Below, one piece after another: positions 1 to 9,901 of a DNA stretch of 42,064 nt. The first letter of the stretch is position 1. Each line of letters starts with the position of its first letter. The notes beneath the pieces were generated by a model. That model saw nothing but the letters and a program-made list of their open reading frames with translations, did no database searches and was not told where the DNA came from. The stretch is from a virus. Its lineage: Duplodnaviria > Caudoviricetes. The translations under genes were made by a program, and so were the position numbers. The stretch spans positions 1 to 42,064 of IMG/VR virus record IMGVR_UViG_3300020045_013890, one strand, 5' to 3'.

Positions 1-121
1 CCCCCGCAAATAATCTTATCACGCACGCCCCGGTGGTGCTAATCACCAGGTAATCTGGTGTGAAAAGTTCATAGTGATAAGTACTAGTATAAGGCCCAGC
101 GCCATCTGTATCAAGGATGGC
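1..121. repeat. Terminal direct repeat, copy 1 (121 bp); probably assembly circularisation overlap
   Basis: Identical to 41944-42064 (CCCCCGCAAATAATC...CAAGGATGGC); lies inside a gene that reads through the junction. Confidence 0.95.
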
Positions 122-337
122 AGTTTGTATGATGTCCTTAGGAACGAAGCCCATGCGGTGGTAGATCCGTTGCTCTGAGACAGGGCCATCATATGTCACA
201 GAAAAGAACTGGAAGTTAGACCTCAGAAACGGCGCCGCTAAGCTTGCCTCATACAAATACTGCAGCGCTTCACGAGTAATGGGGTCTTCGATTCCCTCAA
301 AGTTAGGACGACGAAGGGCTAGATTGATTTGTGCCAT
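1..337 (-). CDS. Junction-spanning 117-aa virion/tail-associated protein (337->1, continuing 41943->41927); absent from the ORF track
   Basis: ATG at 337 abuts the TAG of the nozzle gene. Open frame MAQINLALRRPNFEGIEDPITREALQYLYE...LFAGAYQDV with TAA at 41929-41927, overlapping the start of the adaptor gene. Confidence 0.85.
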   Translation of the reverse strand, partial: MAQINLALRRPNFEGIEDPITREALQYLYEASLAAPFLRSNFQFFSVTYDGPVSEQRIYHRMGFVPKDIIQTAILDTDGAGPYTSTYHYELFTPDYLVISTTGACVIRLFAG

Positions 338-3001
338 CTATGTCCCCACGTCGCCACGGTACGGCTCTTGAGATGGGCCGATAGTCTCAAAGAAAACACC
401 ATACTCTACAAGGTAAAAGAATTGGTTGTATGGAAAGCCCTGTAGTCTAAATGGTAATTCTGATCCAGCGGTAACCACGCCCTCGCCATCAAGTATGGTA
501 ATAACTGTGTCACTTACCCGTTCAATGATGGGAAAATTCTGAACGTAATCATCATCGGCAAATGTTATGAAGTTATTTTCAATGTCGGTGTTCCATGAGT
601 TATTTGTATCATCTAGCGTTAAGGTGCGCCTGCCGTCTGCGCCGACTGCCCCGAGTGTTACAGTTCCAAGACCGTCAGAATTAAAGCGTATGATCGATGC
701 ATTCGTGAAATGAAACTGCTTGTACTCACACCTGAGACTTGCCTTAGGGCATCTACGCTTCACGTCAAAAATCTGCTGCCTACGACGCCAAAGACGGGGG
801 TCACCATAACTAACAAGTGGCGTGCCCCAAGGATACATGTCGTAATTCACCATCTGCTTCATCTCTTGCAAATAGTTATTTTCGTCGTTCTCGCTGTATG
901 GAGTAACGGCAAAAACGCTCGCTTCAGTAGTTCTAGCTCTGGACTTTAAAACAAATCCATGAACCCATTTTCTATAAGAAGTGCTACCAAGGCTAGAAAC
1001 AACGCCTGAAAAGTAATGGTTAATCGCTAGTTGCTTTCTAACAATAGGGTCAGTGCTAGCGTTGTCCTGAGGTTCCACAATGACGTCACTGACGACAGAC
1101 TCATCAAAGGTAAGCAGGGTACCAGTGTAATTCCAGAAGACCACAGTTTTTTCACCAGAAATAGCCGCAGCATTGATAAAGAAGTTCTTATAGTATCTGG
1201 CATCCGGCACGTTGGTGAGTAGCTCATAACTGCCTACCACCGGAACAAAATCTAGTGTTATTTGTGTGCCAGAATCAACCGACACCACCCGGCCTTGGTA
1301 ATAATTTGTAAATGGTGTAGCTGCATTGTTACCGTAAACTAAATCACTAGCTTCAATACCAACTGTTGATCCGAGTGTCTGAACCTTGGTGGTGGTGGTA
1401 GTGCTGATAGTAATAGCAGGCCCTGGACCATAGTACCCAGAGCTCCACGTAGTGAACTTTCTGGTATCTTTTTCCATGCAGTAAACTTGGTTGTTCTCAT
1501 ACCCTAGAACCGTTGAAACAAAGTCAACAAAAGCCATCTGGCCAGGGGCGCTAGAATCCCGAACGAACCATAGAACCCTGTTTCGAGTAACGTCATGAAC
1601 TCCGCTTAGGTTTTCTTTGTCGTACTGGGTCGTGATTAGCTCTCTATAGGATTCTTCAAAATCCATATTTGATAAGGGGTATACCTTATAACCATCTGTG
1701 AAATAAAAGCCATCGTTACCAGCAAAGTACAGCCCATTCTCGGTTTGGGTTATCGACGCATTGCCAACAGCTCCCACGCCGTCAGAGATCTTGCGTCTAA
1801 CCATTCCACCACGACCAAAGTCGTCAAACGTGCCATCAAGCCGGTATACAGAGTTAGCACCAAAAACAATTGGGATGGAGTTAACCGATGATAGCCCTGT
1901 GATGTCTTCATCAATATCAACAAAAAAAGATCCAGGGACCGAATCACCATCGCCACCCTTTGACTGCCAAACACGGTTAGTTTTTAACTCACCATCTTCA
2001 CCAGTCAGGGGTGATACCTCATAGCCATTAGCCCAGAAAACAAAGTTATCTGTACCATGGACATATCTTGTTTTGGGTGCACGATCATTAGCCAGTACAC
2101 CACCATCAGTATACAGAACAGCGTTGTTGTCCAAGGCCTCATCTGAAACAGTGTCAGCAAATGAGGTGGTGCCAGTGGTTACTTCACCAACATAATATAG
2201 GGTGGTGCCAGCATTCCGCGTGCGATAGATCTCTACCTTGAGCTCCCCCGCCGGATATTTGTATTGTTTGAACTCATTGTATGTGCCGGTGAGGGATAAC
2301 AGATCTGGTATGGAACCAACGGTTATTCCGGGGCTTGCTCCTGGTGTTGCTGTTCCGATACCTGGGAATTCTACAAAAGTAGGCCGCGATCTGTCGATGT
2401 ATTCAACGCCGTTAACAGAATAAGTGTATTTATTAACAAGGGCGTAAATGTAATCTGCGCCAGCTCCACCAGTGGCGGTAAAGGTATTGGCGGTTGGTAT
2501 TAGTCCTGCCACACGCATTTGCACATCACCTGATGCGTCGTTAAAAAGCTTCATTGGGAGCGACCTGCACTGTGCAAGGCGATTATGAGTAAAGAATGTG
2601 TGGTTGTTCCATTTGGCAAAAGATATCTTTGCATCTCTTGCCAAGGCGTCAACCGGAAGGCAGTCAAATGGATCTACGTTATATTGGTTTGAAACAAGGT
2701 TCGCCCATGCTGTGCCATTAAAGTATTCAGTGGTCGATGCTGATGCAACAAATTCAACCAAGTCTCGATCTACGCCACTCTCAATGTATGTCATGCCGTT
2801 TTGCCTTGGAGAGTTACTAGCAACCCTGGGCTGACTTAACTTTTGTGAGTCAGGGTAGCGATAGTTAACACCGGGACGTGATTCAAGCTTGAGGTACTGA
2901 TTGGCAATAAAGTTATCCGCAGTTTCAAATTGGTTGTCTGCAGCATCTATGGGGTAATCTGTTTTACCGCCCGTGAAGTCGGCGTAGGTTTTTACTGGCA
3001 T
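338..3001 (-). CDS. Tail nozzle / tail tubular protein B-like (P22 gp10 / T7 gp12-type)
   Basis: 887 aa. N-terminal DFTGG...ADNF...LESRPG pattern and beta-propeller-like repeats (ITGLSS, FGANSVYRL, GLYFAGNDGFY); lies between fibre and adaptor genes. Confidence 0.7.
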   Translation of the reverse strand: MPVKTYADFTGGKTDYPIDAADNQFETADNFIANQYLKLESRPGVNYRYPDSQKLSQPRVASNSPRQNGMTYIESGVDRDLVEFVASASTTEYFNGTAWANLVSNQYNVDPFDCLPVDALARDAKISFAKWNNHTFFTHNRLAQCRSLPMKLFNDASGDVQMRVAGLIPTANTFTATGGAGADYIYALVNKYTYSVNGVEYIDRSRPTFVEFPGIGTATPGASPGITVGSIPDLLSLTGTYNEFKQYKYPAGELKVEIYRTRNAGTTLYYVGEVTTGTTSFADTVSDEALDNNAVLYTDGGVLANDRAPKTRYVHGTDNFVFWANGYEVSPLTGEDGELKTNRVWQSKGGDGDSVPGSFFVDIDEDITGLSSVNSIPIVFGANSVYRLDGTFDDFGRGGMVRRKISDGVGAVGNASITQTENGLYFAGNDGFYFTDGYKVYPLSNMDFEESYRELITTQYDKENLSGVHDVTRNRVLWFVRDSSAPGQMAFVDFVSTVLGYENNQVYCMEKDTRKFTTWSSGYYGPGPAITISTTTTTKVQTLGSTVGIEASDLVYGNNAATPFTNYYQGRVVSVDSGTQITLDFVPVVGSYELLTNVPDARYYKNFFINAAAISGEKTVVFWNYTGTLLTFDESVVSDVIVEPQDNASTDPIVRKQLAINHYFSGVVSSLGSTSYRKWVHGFVLKSRARTTEASVFAVTPYSENDENNYLQEMKQMVNYDMYPWGTPLVSYGDPRLWRRRQQIFDVKRRCPKASLRCEYKQFHFTNASIIRFNSDGLGTVTLGAVGADGRRTLTLDDTNNSWNTDIENNFITFADDDYVQNFPIIERVSDTVITILDGEGVVTAGSELPFRLQGFPYNQFFYLVEYGVFFETIGPSQEPYRGDVGT

Positions 3002-3259
3002 TTAGTCCCTCACTCTTAATTCTATGAGTCTAAGCCGTTCATTGATTTTATCAAGCTTGTCGTCAATTCTGGCCATTGTGTCATTGTTTATGAGAAGCAT
3101 CCTATCAGCCACCTCATCCGCAAGATGAGACCGGACGTCTAACAGTTCATCTCTGTTAGTAAGGCTAAGGGCTTTTGCTTCATGCGCTGTCTCGTGAGTG
3201 AATCGGATGAATACAGCCGCAGATATTACGGCACCTATAATCACATGCGCAACTCTCAT
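3002..3259 (-). CDS. Small membrane protein (N-terminal TM plus coiled coil), holin-like candidate
   Basis: Hydrophobic VIIGAVISAAVFI followed by an IDDKLDKINERL coil; AGGGGTG RBS. Confidence 0.5.
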   Translation of the reverse strand: MRVAHVIIGAVISAAVFIRFTHETAHEAKALSLTNRDELLDVRSHLADEVADRMLLINNDTMARIDDKLDKINERLRLIELRVRD

Positions 3260-3271
3260 AAATCACCCCTT

Positions 3272-4525
3272 TTAATTTTCTTTGATGATCGTAAAAAAGT
3301 TTTCTGTTGATTGTGCCGACAAGGCAATTGTTGTGGATGAAAACGCTTTAATTGTAAGAACGTTCCCTGCGGTAAAGTTAGCTGTTACGGCACCATGGGT
3401 AGTGTACGAAGTAGTATTACCATTTCCATTAGTCCTGTACCCCTGAGTATGTGCAGCTCCACCTACCTCAAGACGACTCACAACGCGCTCACTTGTTGTC
3501 AGGGTTCCAGCTGCAGTTTGAAGACCCCAGCATACAGTGTAATATCCCGTTTGAGGAATGGTATAAGCTGACACAGACCAGCCGCTATTGGTATCATTGA
3601 TTGCTGTAAATGGAATCGTAGTGCCGCCAGCGATCACACTTGTGGCTGCAGAGTTAGTGCCTCGAAACGCAATCACAGTTCCCACGGCAAGCGTTGTCCA
3701 TGCGCCACCAACATAAACCTCAAATGCCGTAAGGTCTGAGTTGCCCCTGATCATCCCGTTGGCTGGAGATCCATGTCTTTGTGCGGTCGTACCGTATGGA
3801 ACCTGTATGGCACCAGTGCCAGAAATAATTGGATCAGACGGTATAGAGATTGTGGGGTTGCCAGCAACGCCACTGCCATTTGATACAGTGATTTGGTTCG
3901 CGGTGCCAGTTATGGTTCGCTCAGCAACAGTGCCAGCGGCAGTGTGCGCAATGAGTCCAGTGCCGCTTAAGGCAGCGATGGCGGTTAACTCAGCATCAAG
4001 AGGCTGAGTGTTTGTAAATTGAGTTTGAATAGCAGACGTAACGCCTGACACATACCCAAGCTCTATTGAGGTAACAGTAGAAGGTTCAATTTCACCGCTC
4101 ACAGAAGACTGCAGTGCCTTAGAGGCCGTAAGGGCAGCAAGTTTAGATACGGCAATAGCAGCAGACGGATTTACATCCGCATTCACAACGCCGCCTGTAA
4201 GGTTAAGTTTGGAGTAAACAATTGCAGCAGCCGCATCAATCTTAGCGTTCGCAATGGCGCCATTGAGTATAGCGTCAGCCCCAACTGCGCCACTGGCAAG
4301 CTTTGCGGCGGTGACGGCAGCACCCTGGATTTTGTTTGTAGATACCGAGTTGTCCGCTAGCTTTGCTGCAGTAACAGAGTCATCAGCCAGTGCGGTGGTG
4401 CCAATGGCGACACCTTTCCCTGACGTATGGTCATGGTCATCAATAGCGTTAAAAGAATTTGTAATCTTATCTACATAATCAACATCGTTGATTGCTGGTG
4501 GATTGATCCCGTTAATGTTTGCCAT
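3272..4525 (-). CDS. Tail fibre with C-terminal C1q-like domain
   Basis: Start moved to MANING (4525) after a GAGGAG RBS. DDHDH motif, VTAAKLA repeats, C-terminal AFR...IPF...YTIPQTGYY C1q-like signature. Confidence 0.75.
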   Translation of the reverse strand: MANINGINPPAINDVDYVDKITNSFNAIDDHDHTSGKGVAIGTTALADDSVTAAKLADNSVSTNKIQGAAVTAAKLASGAVGADAILNGAIANAKIDAAAAIVYSKLNLTGGVVNADVNPSAAIAVSKLAALTASKALQSSVSGEIEPSTVTSIELGYVSGVTSAIQTQFTNTQPLDAELTAIAALSGTGLIAHTAAGTVAERTITGTANQITVSNGSGVAGNPTISIPSDPIISGTGAIQVPYGTTAQRHGSPANGMIRGNSDLTAFEVYVGGAWTTLAVGTVIAFRGTNSAATSVIAGGTTIPFTAINDTNSGWSVSAYTIPQTGYYTVCWGLQTAAGTLTTSERVVSRLEVGGAAHTQGYRTNGNGNTTSYTTHGAVTANFTAGNVLTIKAFSSTTIALSAQSTENFFTIIKEN

Positions 4526-4817
4526 TTTTTTGACTCTCCTCGTAAGCCTTACGAAGCTCACGTATCCATTTTTTAACTTCCGCCCAATCAGCGTTGGACA
4601 TCCATACGCCCTTGTTTAGATCGCCGGTTGTTTCAATTCTAATGAATTTGGCCTTTGCGGAAGCCTTGACGTTGCCATCGTCCGTATAGTCGGTCGATAG
4701 GTTATAACATTTTAAATGCCTGCCGGGAGCGTTAACAACGCATAGATTTGCGTTCGGCTTGGCGATAGTGGCGCAAGCGCCTAAGAGCAAAACACTAAAC
4801 GCCAGATAACGTGTCAT
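4512..4817 (-). CDS. Lipoprotein, possible outer-membrane spanin (Rz1-like)
   Basis: MTRYLAFSVLLLGAC lipobox; overlaps the upstream small membrane gene. Confidence 0.55.
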   Translation of the reverse strand: MTRYLAFSVLLLGACATIAKPNANLCVVNAPGRHLKCYNLSTDYTDDGNVKASAKAKFIRIETTGDLNKGVWMSNADWAEVKKWIRELRKAYEESQKNGKH

Positions 4818-4998
4818 CTGCAGCCTCATCTATTTCTTCAGACGTTTGAGCTTCGCCCATTTTCTGAGCAGCTTCATCGGCAGTCTTATCTGATTTTTTT
4901 TTATCTTCTTTTTTCGCCCAATACTTAGAACCCCAAGCTATGAGCTTACCAAAGAGCGAGAATATAATACTTTGAGCTAATGAAACTAAAAATCCCAT
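4795..4998 (-). CDS. Small membrane-anchored protein, possible inner-membrane spanin or holin
   Basis: N-terminal hydrophobic helix, then a charged helical tail; directly upstream of the lipoprotein. Confidence 0.45.
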   Translation of the reverse strand: MGFLVSLAQSIIFSLFGKLIAWGSKYWAKKEDKKKSDKTADEAAQKMGEAQTSEEIDEAADDTLSGV

Positions 4999-5015
4999 AC
5001 CCCCGCCCCTTCTTC

Positions 5016-5201
5016 TTAGAGTTCTTTGATTTCTTTAACAATGAAGTCAACTGCTGCGTCGCCGATATCAGGCAATGCTGCTTTTAATTTCTCTGCAATT
5101 GGCTCAAGTACTTGCAAAAGCAACTCTTTAACTGGAGTCTCTACAACAAGTTTGCCATCAACAATCTTCACGTCTACATATTTAGTATCTACTAATTCCA
5201 T
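5016..5201 (-). CDS. Hypothetical protein
   Basis: 61-aa ORF in the operon, GGGGA RBS. Confidence 0.65.
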   Translation of the reverse strand: MELVDTKYVDVKIVDGKLVVETPVKELLLQVLEPIAEKLKAALPDIGDAAVDFIVKEIKEL

Positions 5202-5210
5202 ATAAATCCC

Positions 5211-5693
5211 CTATCCCTCTATAGTTTTCTTCAGTGCCTCAATTTTTGATTCAAGCGCTGCTTGGTCTTCTTTAAGTGCTGCCTTTAATTCTGCACAATC
5301 TTTTAACGATTTTTCAAGTTCCGCTGTTTTCAGTGCAACATGCTTTTCAAAAGCAGCCACCTTCTCCTCAAGGGCTTTCTCAGCCTGAAGAACAAGGTGG
5401 CTTTGTTTTTTAATGGCAGCAGATTCAGCTGCACTAACAACTGCCGCAGCCTCAAGGGCTACCTCGTCTACCTGCAGCGCTTCTTCGCGAACAACGAGGG
5501 CTGCCTTTAATGCGTCGCACTCTTTAATCTTGACTTCTGCAGCTGCTTTGGCCTCTTCAGCCTCACCAGCTCTTGCAAAAGATGATTCCTTTTCTTCAAT
5601 AAGTTTATCAAAGAATTTCGCCTTTTCTTCAGCGTTCTGGACCAACTTTAAAAGCTCGTTCATCTGCCTTAGTGTATTAATATTTAGATCCAT
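5211..5693 (-). CDS. Coiled-coil hypothetical protein
   Basis: A/E/K-rich heptads; tightly packed in the operon. Confidence 0.7.
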   Translation of the reverse strand: MDLNINTLRQMNELLKLVQNAEEKAKFFDKLIEEKESSFARAGEAEEAKAAAEVKIKECDALKAALVVREEALQVDEVALEAAAVVSAAESAAIKKQSHLVLQAEKALEEKVAAFEKHVALKTAELEKSLKDCAELKAALKEDQAALESKIEALKKTIEG

Positions 5694-5694
5694 A

Positions 5695-5847
5695 TTATTC
5701 GGATTCCTTTTCTTCTTTAACTAACTTTTTAATAATATCAGATAAACGCTGATAAGCTTCTTTCCACTTGTCATGTGCAACATTGGGAAGCGGTGCCTGC
5801 GCAGCGCATTGAGCTAAAATGTTTAAATCTTGTTCTATTTTATTCAT
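5695..5847 (-). CDS. Hypothetical protein (50 aa), possible fibre chaperone
   Basis: Start moved to MNKIEQ (5847), overlapping the stop of the upstream gene. Confidence 0.6.
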   Translation of the reverse strand: MNKIEQDLNILAQCAAQAPLPNVAHDKWKEAYQRLSDIIKKLVKEEKESE

Positions 5848-6136
5848 TTTTATTATCCTGTTGCGCATTAAACTCATCGTCAATAGCAGCGAGCAAAAAG
5901 TACATCGCCTTTGCCATGTTTGAAGACGCATCCTGAGCCTTGGTCATAATGCCCTCAATGTTTAGGGTCTGAATGTCAGCCTCAGAAACCTCACCAAAAT
6001 CATTATATGGTAGAAGCAAAACACATGCACTAGCCTCCTCACCAGGACGGGGGGCTGTTATCTGGATGCTACATGACCACAGCTTATCAAAGGACTTAGC
6101 GGTTATTTCAATAGTGCTCTTTGGTTTGATCGGCAT
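5840..6136 (-). CDS. Hypothetical protein, possible fibre assembly chaperone
   Basis: AAGGA RBS; immediately downstream of the fibre gene. Confidence 0.6.
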   Translation of the reverse strand: MPIKPKSTIEITAKSFDKLWSCSIQITAPRPGEEASACVLLLPYNDFGEVSEADIQTLNIEGIMTKAQDASSNMAKAMYFLLAAIDDEFNAQQDNKNE

Positions 6137-6145
6137 ATGATTCCT

Positions 6146-7924
6146 TTACGCTGGTTCAAATATGGTCCAGGCAACTGTTGATGTATCAGCTACGTTGCCA
6201 GATAAAATGGTAAATGATGTTCCGGCAGTTCTTGCACTAACCGCATAACCCACGGGAACGGTGATAGTGCCAAGGGCCTGCGCAGTTAACTGGATTCGCG
6301 AACTAGCTGTCACCTTAGTCGTAGACACTACTGCTGTACCTGCCACTAAAGTTGTAACACCCATGGTGGCATTAGAACCCTCTTTAATATAAAGCCCCTT
6401 GCCAACAACATTGGCCTTGATATCAGTATCAAAAAGCGCCACTCCGCCAGAGTTTCTTAAGCCCACGTTCGCCAACACGGTGTCTATTGCTACTGTATTG
6501 GCAGGTTGAACGATTGGTGTAACGTTCCAGAAGCCCAGCTTCTGGTTAGTGGCAGTTGCTATGTTAGAGCCAGATGAAGTGCCGAAAACGATATGCTGGC
6601 TACCGCCGTCGCCTAAGATAAAGTTACCGACCGTTGTAGTCTGACCAAGGTATAGCGGCGTTAAAGTACCTGACGCTGAGTTGAACTGTAAGTTAGTTGA
6701 GTCCGAGAGGCGACCATTGGTAGTGGTAAAAGGAACGCGGCCACTAGTGAGGGCGATATCATTTAAGGTAAACTCTTTTCGCGCAGTGCCAGTGGTAATA
6801 GTAGTATAAAATTTGTCAGTTAAGAATTCTTGCGCGCCAGCCTCTGGCGTCGTCATTAAAGATCCAGAAACCATCTTTAGAGGAGCGCTTGCAGCAGTGG
6901 TGGTGCCTGCGCCAAGCATGAGCTTAGCCGTCGGAGCTGAGGCGGTACCGATTGAAAACTTACCCGCGCTATTCACTAAAGATAGGGTCGTGTTAGATGA
7001 GTTTATCCAGCGAGCTAAGTCGCCAGACTGTGATGTCGCGCCAACAAAACGTGAAACCACGTTGGCAGCGCTAGTAGATACGGCATTAAGATGAGCAACG
7101 TTGTTGCCACCTTGAGCAGATCCGACTGTTAATCGCGTATTGTTAAAGTCATAGTTAAAATTGGTATTAGACCCAAAGGCTGTCGCCGCAGTACCGAATG
7201 GAATGAGGTATTGGCTAAGGCCCGTTATTCGTGACATGGAATAATAATTGGCGCCGCCAGTTACAAATAACCCTAAAGCCTCAAGGCCGGTTAACGCATC
7301 ACTTGCCGTCCTTTGGGTAACAGTTCCAGTGTTGAAGAATGATAGCTCACTACCGCTCTGATTCCAGCTGAAAACAGGTACGTTAGAATCACCTAAGAGT
7401 TGCGACGTAGAAAGGCCTATCGAAACCCGCGTCTCATTGTTAATGGCTGACCACGTTCCATTTCCCCAGTCTATGGCAGGGATATAGCTCCCCCCTGGGT
7501 AGATCAGAACAGCAGTCCCGAAATCAATAATCTGCTCACCGCTGTTGTTGGCCAAATAACGACCACTCTCCCCCCATGAGATGGAAAGTAGACCACTGGC
7601 ATCAAACATCTTTCGAGCCGACGATGTACCATTTGTGAAGTTAATCGCAACGACATCATTTTGGTCTCGTAATTCACGAGTACCTGAATCCAGGAAAAGC
7701 CACGGGACATCATCATGAAGACCTGTGATTGTGACTCCACTGCTTATTGCGTCTGTATTACCAAAATATAGATTGAGGGCGGCACCTATGAGGTTGCCGT
7801 TTAAATCCCACTTGTCGTCTAATGCAGCCTGAAGATCTGTTTGATCGGATAAGGTACCTGTGATCGAGCCCCAGGTACCTCCCCCACCTCCAGGTGTTGT
7901 GCCTCCAAGTACAAAAAGAGACAT
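6146..7924 (-). CDS. Tail fibre / spike protein
   Basis: 592 aa, G/S/T/N-rich beta composition; WGSITGTLSDQTDLQAALD fibre motif after a poly-G linker. Confidence 0.75.
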   Translation of the reverse strand: MSLFVLGGTTPGGGGGTWGSITGTLSDQTDLQAALDDKWDLNGNLIGAALNLYFGNTDAISSGVTITGLHDDVPWLFLDSGTRELRDQNDVVAINFTNGTSSARKMFDASGLLSISWGESGRYLANNSGEQIIDFGTAVLIYPGGSYIPAIDWGNGTWSAINNETRVSIGLSTSQLLGDSNVPVFSWNQSGSELSFFNTGTVTQRTASDALTGLEALGLFVTGGANYYSMSRITGLSQYLIPFGTAATAFGSNTNFNYDFNNTRLTVGSAQGGNNVAHLNAVSTSAANVVSRFVGATSQSGDLARWINSSNTTLSLVNSAGKFSIGTASAPTAKLMLGAGTTTAASAPLKMVSGSLMTTPEAGAQEFLTDKFYTTITTGTARKEFTLNDIALTSGRVPFTTTNGRLSDSTNLQFNSASGTLTPLYLGQTTTVGNFILGDGGSQHIVFGTSSGSNIATATNQKLGFWNVTPIVQPANTVAIDTVLANVGLRNSGGVALFDTDIKANVVGKGLYIKEGSNATMGVTTLVAGTAVVSTTKVTASSRIQLTAQALGTITVPVGYAVSARTAGTSFTILSGNVADTSTVAWTIFEPA

Positions 7925-8245
7925 TTAAACTCCTGTTGGTTCTGCGTAAGACACACGGGCCTTTTGCGCTGCAGCTCCAGAAACAATGTAAATGTTGGTC
8001 AAATCCCATTCATGTATGAGGCCGGGCGTACCAAAGTCGTTAAGCGAAATTGATTGCCCAGCCGCAAGTGAAATACCGTTTGCAGTCGTTACACTAGAAT
8101 CACCAACATATAGGACGTTAGTATTTGTAGTGTCAGCTTGGATGATAACACCAAGTTTTAGCGACCCAGCCACAGTGGACTGAATCTGAACTGGCGACGT
8201 CCCAACTGTTACCGCAATGCTTTTAGGCTTATATGCTGTTGGCAT
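7925..8245 (-). CDS. Small beta-rich virion protein
   Basis: NTNVLYVGDSSVTTANGISLAAGQSISL pattern typical of small phage structural beta-sandwich proteins; downstream of the capsid gene. Confidence 0.6.
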   Translation of the reverse strand: MPTAYKPKSIAVTVGTSPVQIQSTVAGSLKLGVIIQADTTNTNVLYVGDSSVTTANGISLAAGQSISLNDFGTPGLIHEWDLTNIYIVSGAAAQKARVSYAEPTGV

Positions 8246-8247
8246 GA

Positions 8248-8574
8248 TTAGTTACCTGGTACTTTCAAAACCTGAACGATAATTACAGCGCCAGCTCCTG
8301 GATCAGCAGACCAAACGCCTGTAAGCGCGTTCGCGGCCTGAGTGCTAAAACCAAGTAGTGGCAAGTTGTTTGCGCCCTTAGTTTTTTGAGAAACTGAAAG
8401 GATCACGTCGGTTGCCGCAAGGCCCGTAAGAACCATAGCTTCTGTCGCTGCTCCGCCAGCTCCAGCAGAGCTAGTGTAGACTTGAATATTTAAAGCATCG
8501 CCAAGGCCATGCTTTTGTGCCCATCCAGCTACGCGGTTTAGCGCGTACCGTTGTGCTTCTGTAAGTAATGCCAT
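8248..8574 (-). CDS. Capsid decoration / cement-like protein
   Basis: First gene after the MCP; A/G-rich; AGGAG RBS. Confidence 0.55.
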   Translation of the reverse strand: MALLTEAQRYALNRVAGWAQKHGLGDALNIQVYTSSAGAGGAATEAMVLTGLAATDVILSVSQKTKGANNLPLLGFSTQAANALTGVWSADPGAGAVIIVQVLKVPGN

Positions 8575-8588
8575 TTTTATAATCTCCT

Positions 8589-8620
8589 AAAAAGATAGCG
8601 GGAGCCCGTAGGCCCCCGCT
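8589..8620 (-). terminator. Intrinsic terminator/attenuator after the MCP
   Basis: Minus strand AGCGGGGGCC-TACG-GGCTCCCGCT (10-bp stem, C(UACG)G tetraloop) followed by ATCTTTTT. Confidence 0.75.
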
Positions 8621-8627
8621 GTTAAAA

Positions 8628-9872
8628 CTAGTAGCTGATCGAGTAGATAACACCGTTGCCAGAAGGCTTGGTGACTTCAAGTTCGCCGAACAAAAGAACG
8701 TCTACAAGGTAAACGTAGCCAGTGGTCGCACGTGATTCGAAGTAAACTTTTCCATCTGGTGCCTGACGCTTACGGAAAAACCCTTTAGAGCGGAAGGTCA
8801 TTGACTTCGGATCGATGAAGAAAATGATATCATCCGGCATCTCTTGAGTCGCCACGAAAGTCAGCATTCCTTTGGTAGGAGTACCGATCATAGTTTCCAT
8901 GTACGCGTACTCAGAAGCTACGGGAGTCTTACCAGGAACAACGTTGAACGCGCCCTTTTGAACTTCGATTTGCTTCATTACAGAACCCCAGTGCTTGAAG
9001 CTCATGAGAACTGTGCGCGAACCTTGGCCTCGAGCTTTGGCTTGTACAGCAACGAATGCATCAAAAATCTTATCAAGGATGTTTGTTGCAGTGATGGTCG
9101 AACCATCAACGTTGATAGCTTGGAGGTACGGGTACAAGAGTTTCGACACGCCGTGAAGGGTCGCGTCACCACCGTTTGCAGCAGAAAGGAGCGCGCCGCG
9201 AAGTGAAGTGAACGAACCAGCAATGGCACCTGGCTGCGAAAGGTACGCAGATTGAGCAACAGTGTAAGCACTGATGTCAGCAGCAGCGCCGCCGCGAGTT
9301 GCAGACAAAGTGAGAGCTGAAGTGTTGAGGTTGATAGCGATAACGTAGTAGTTAGCTGCTGCAGTGTTGCCGTCAATCAGAACAACTTTTTGGCCAAGCT
9401 CGAAACGGTCAACCTTATCAACAACAAGTACGCCGCCCGCAGTACCATCAACGGTAGCGATAGCAAGCTTAGTGCCGGTAAGTAAGTTGATCGAAGTGTG
9501 CATGTCCATAAGGTCCATGAAATCTGGGAGCTCTTCTTCGATAACTTTGAGGAAAGTGTTCTCTGGAACTTTACCTTCTTGGTCGATTAAGTCGCGTTGG
9601 TTGAATTTAAGAGTGCCCCAAAGCTCTTTGTAGTCTGAGATAGTGCCGCGGACAAAATCCGCTTCAGCTACGTCAGATGAATCAGTAAGTGATCCAAAAG
9701 ACAAAGAAGACGCACGAGCTCCTTTGAAAGGGACAATTACTTGGCCACCTTTCCAGCTGTCGTCGCGGTCGATGTTTTTGAGGAGCCAGTTACGTTTAAC
9801 AAGCTCTTCTTTTAAAAGTTTATTTGGTAGGTACTCGTTCAACATGTCGTTGAATGATCTAGTAGTTGCCAT
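8628..9872 (-). CDS. Major capsid protein (HK97 fold inferred) with an inserted beta domain
   Basis: 414 aa, after portal and scaffold and followed by a terminator; strongly biased codons; C-terminal FGELEVTKPSGNGVI pattern typical of MCPs. Confidence 0.85.
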   Translation of the reverse strand: MATTRSFNDMLNEYLPNKLLKEELVKRNWLLKNIDRDDSWKGGQVIVPFKGARASSLSFGSLTDSSDVAEADFVRGTISDYKELWGTLKFNQRDLIDQEGKVPENTFLKVIEEELPDFMDLMDMHTSINLLTGTKLAIATVDGTAGGVLVVDKVDRFELGQKVVLIDGNTAAANYYVIAINLNTSALTLSATRGGAAADISAYTVAQSAYLSQPGAIAGSFTSLRGALLSAANGGDATLHGVSKLLYPYLQAINVDGSTITATNILDKIFDAFVAVQAKARGQGSRTVLMSFKHWGSVMKQIEVQKGAFNVVPGKTPVASEYAYMETMIGTPTKGMLTFVATQEMPDDIIFFIDPKSMTFRSKGFFRKRQAPDGKVYFESRATTGYVYLVDVLLFGELEVTKPSGNGVIYSISY

Positions 9873-9901
9873 TCTGTAGAATCTCCGATGTGGTTAAATT
9901 G

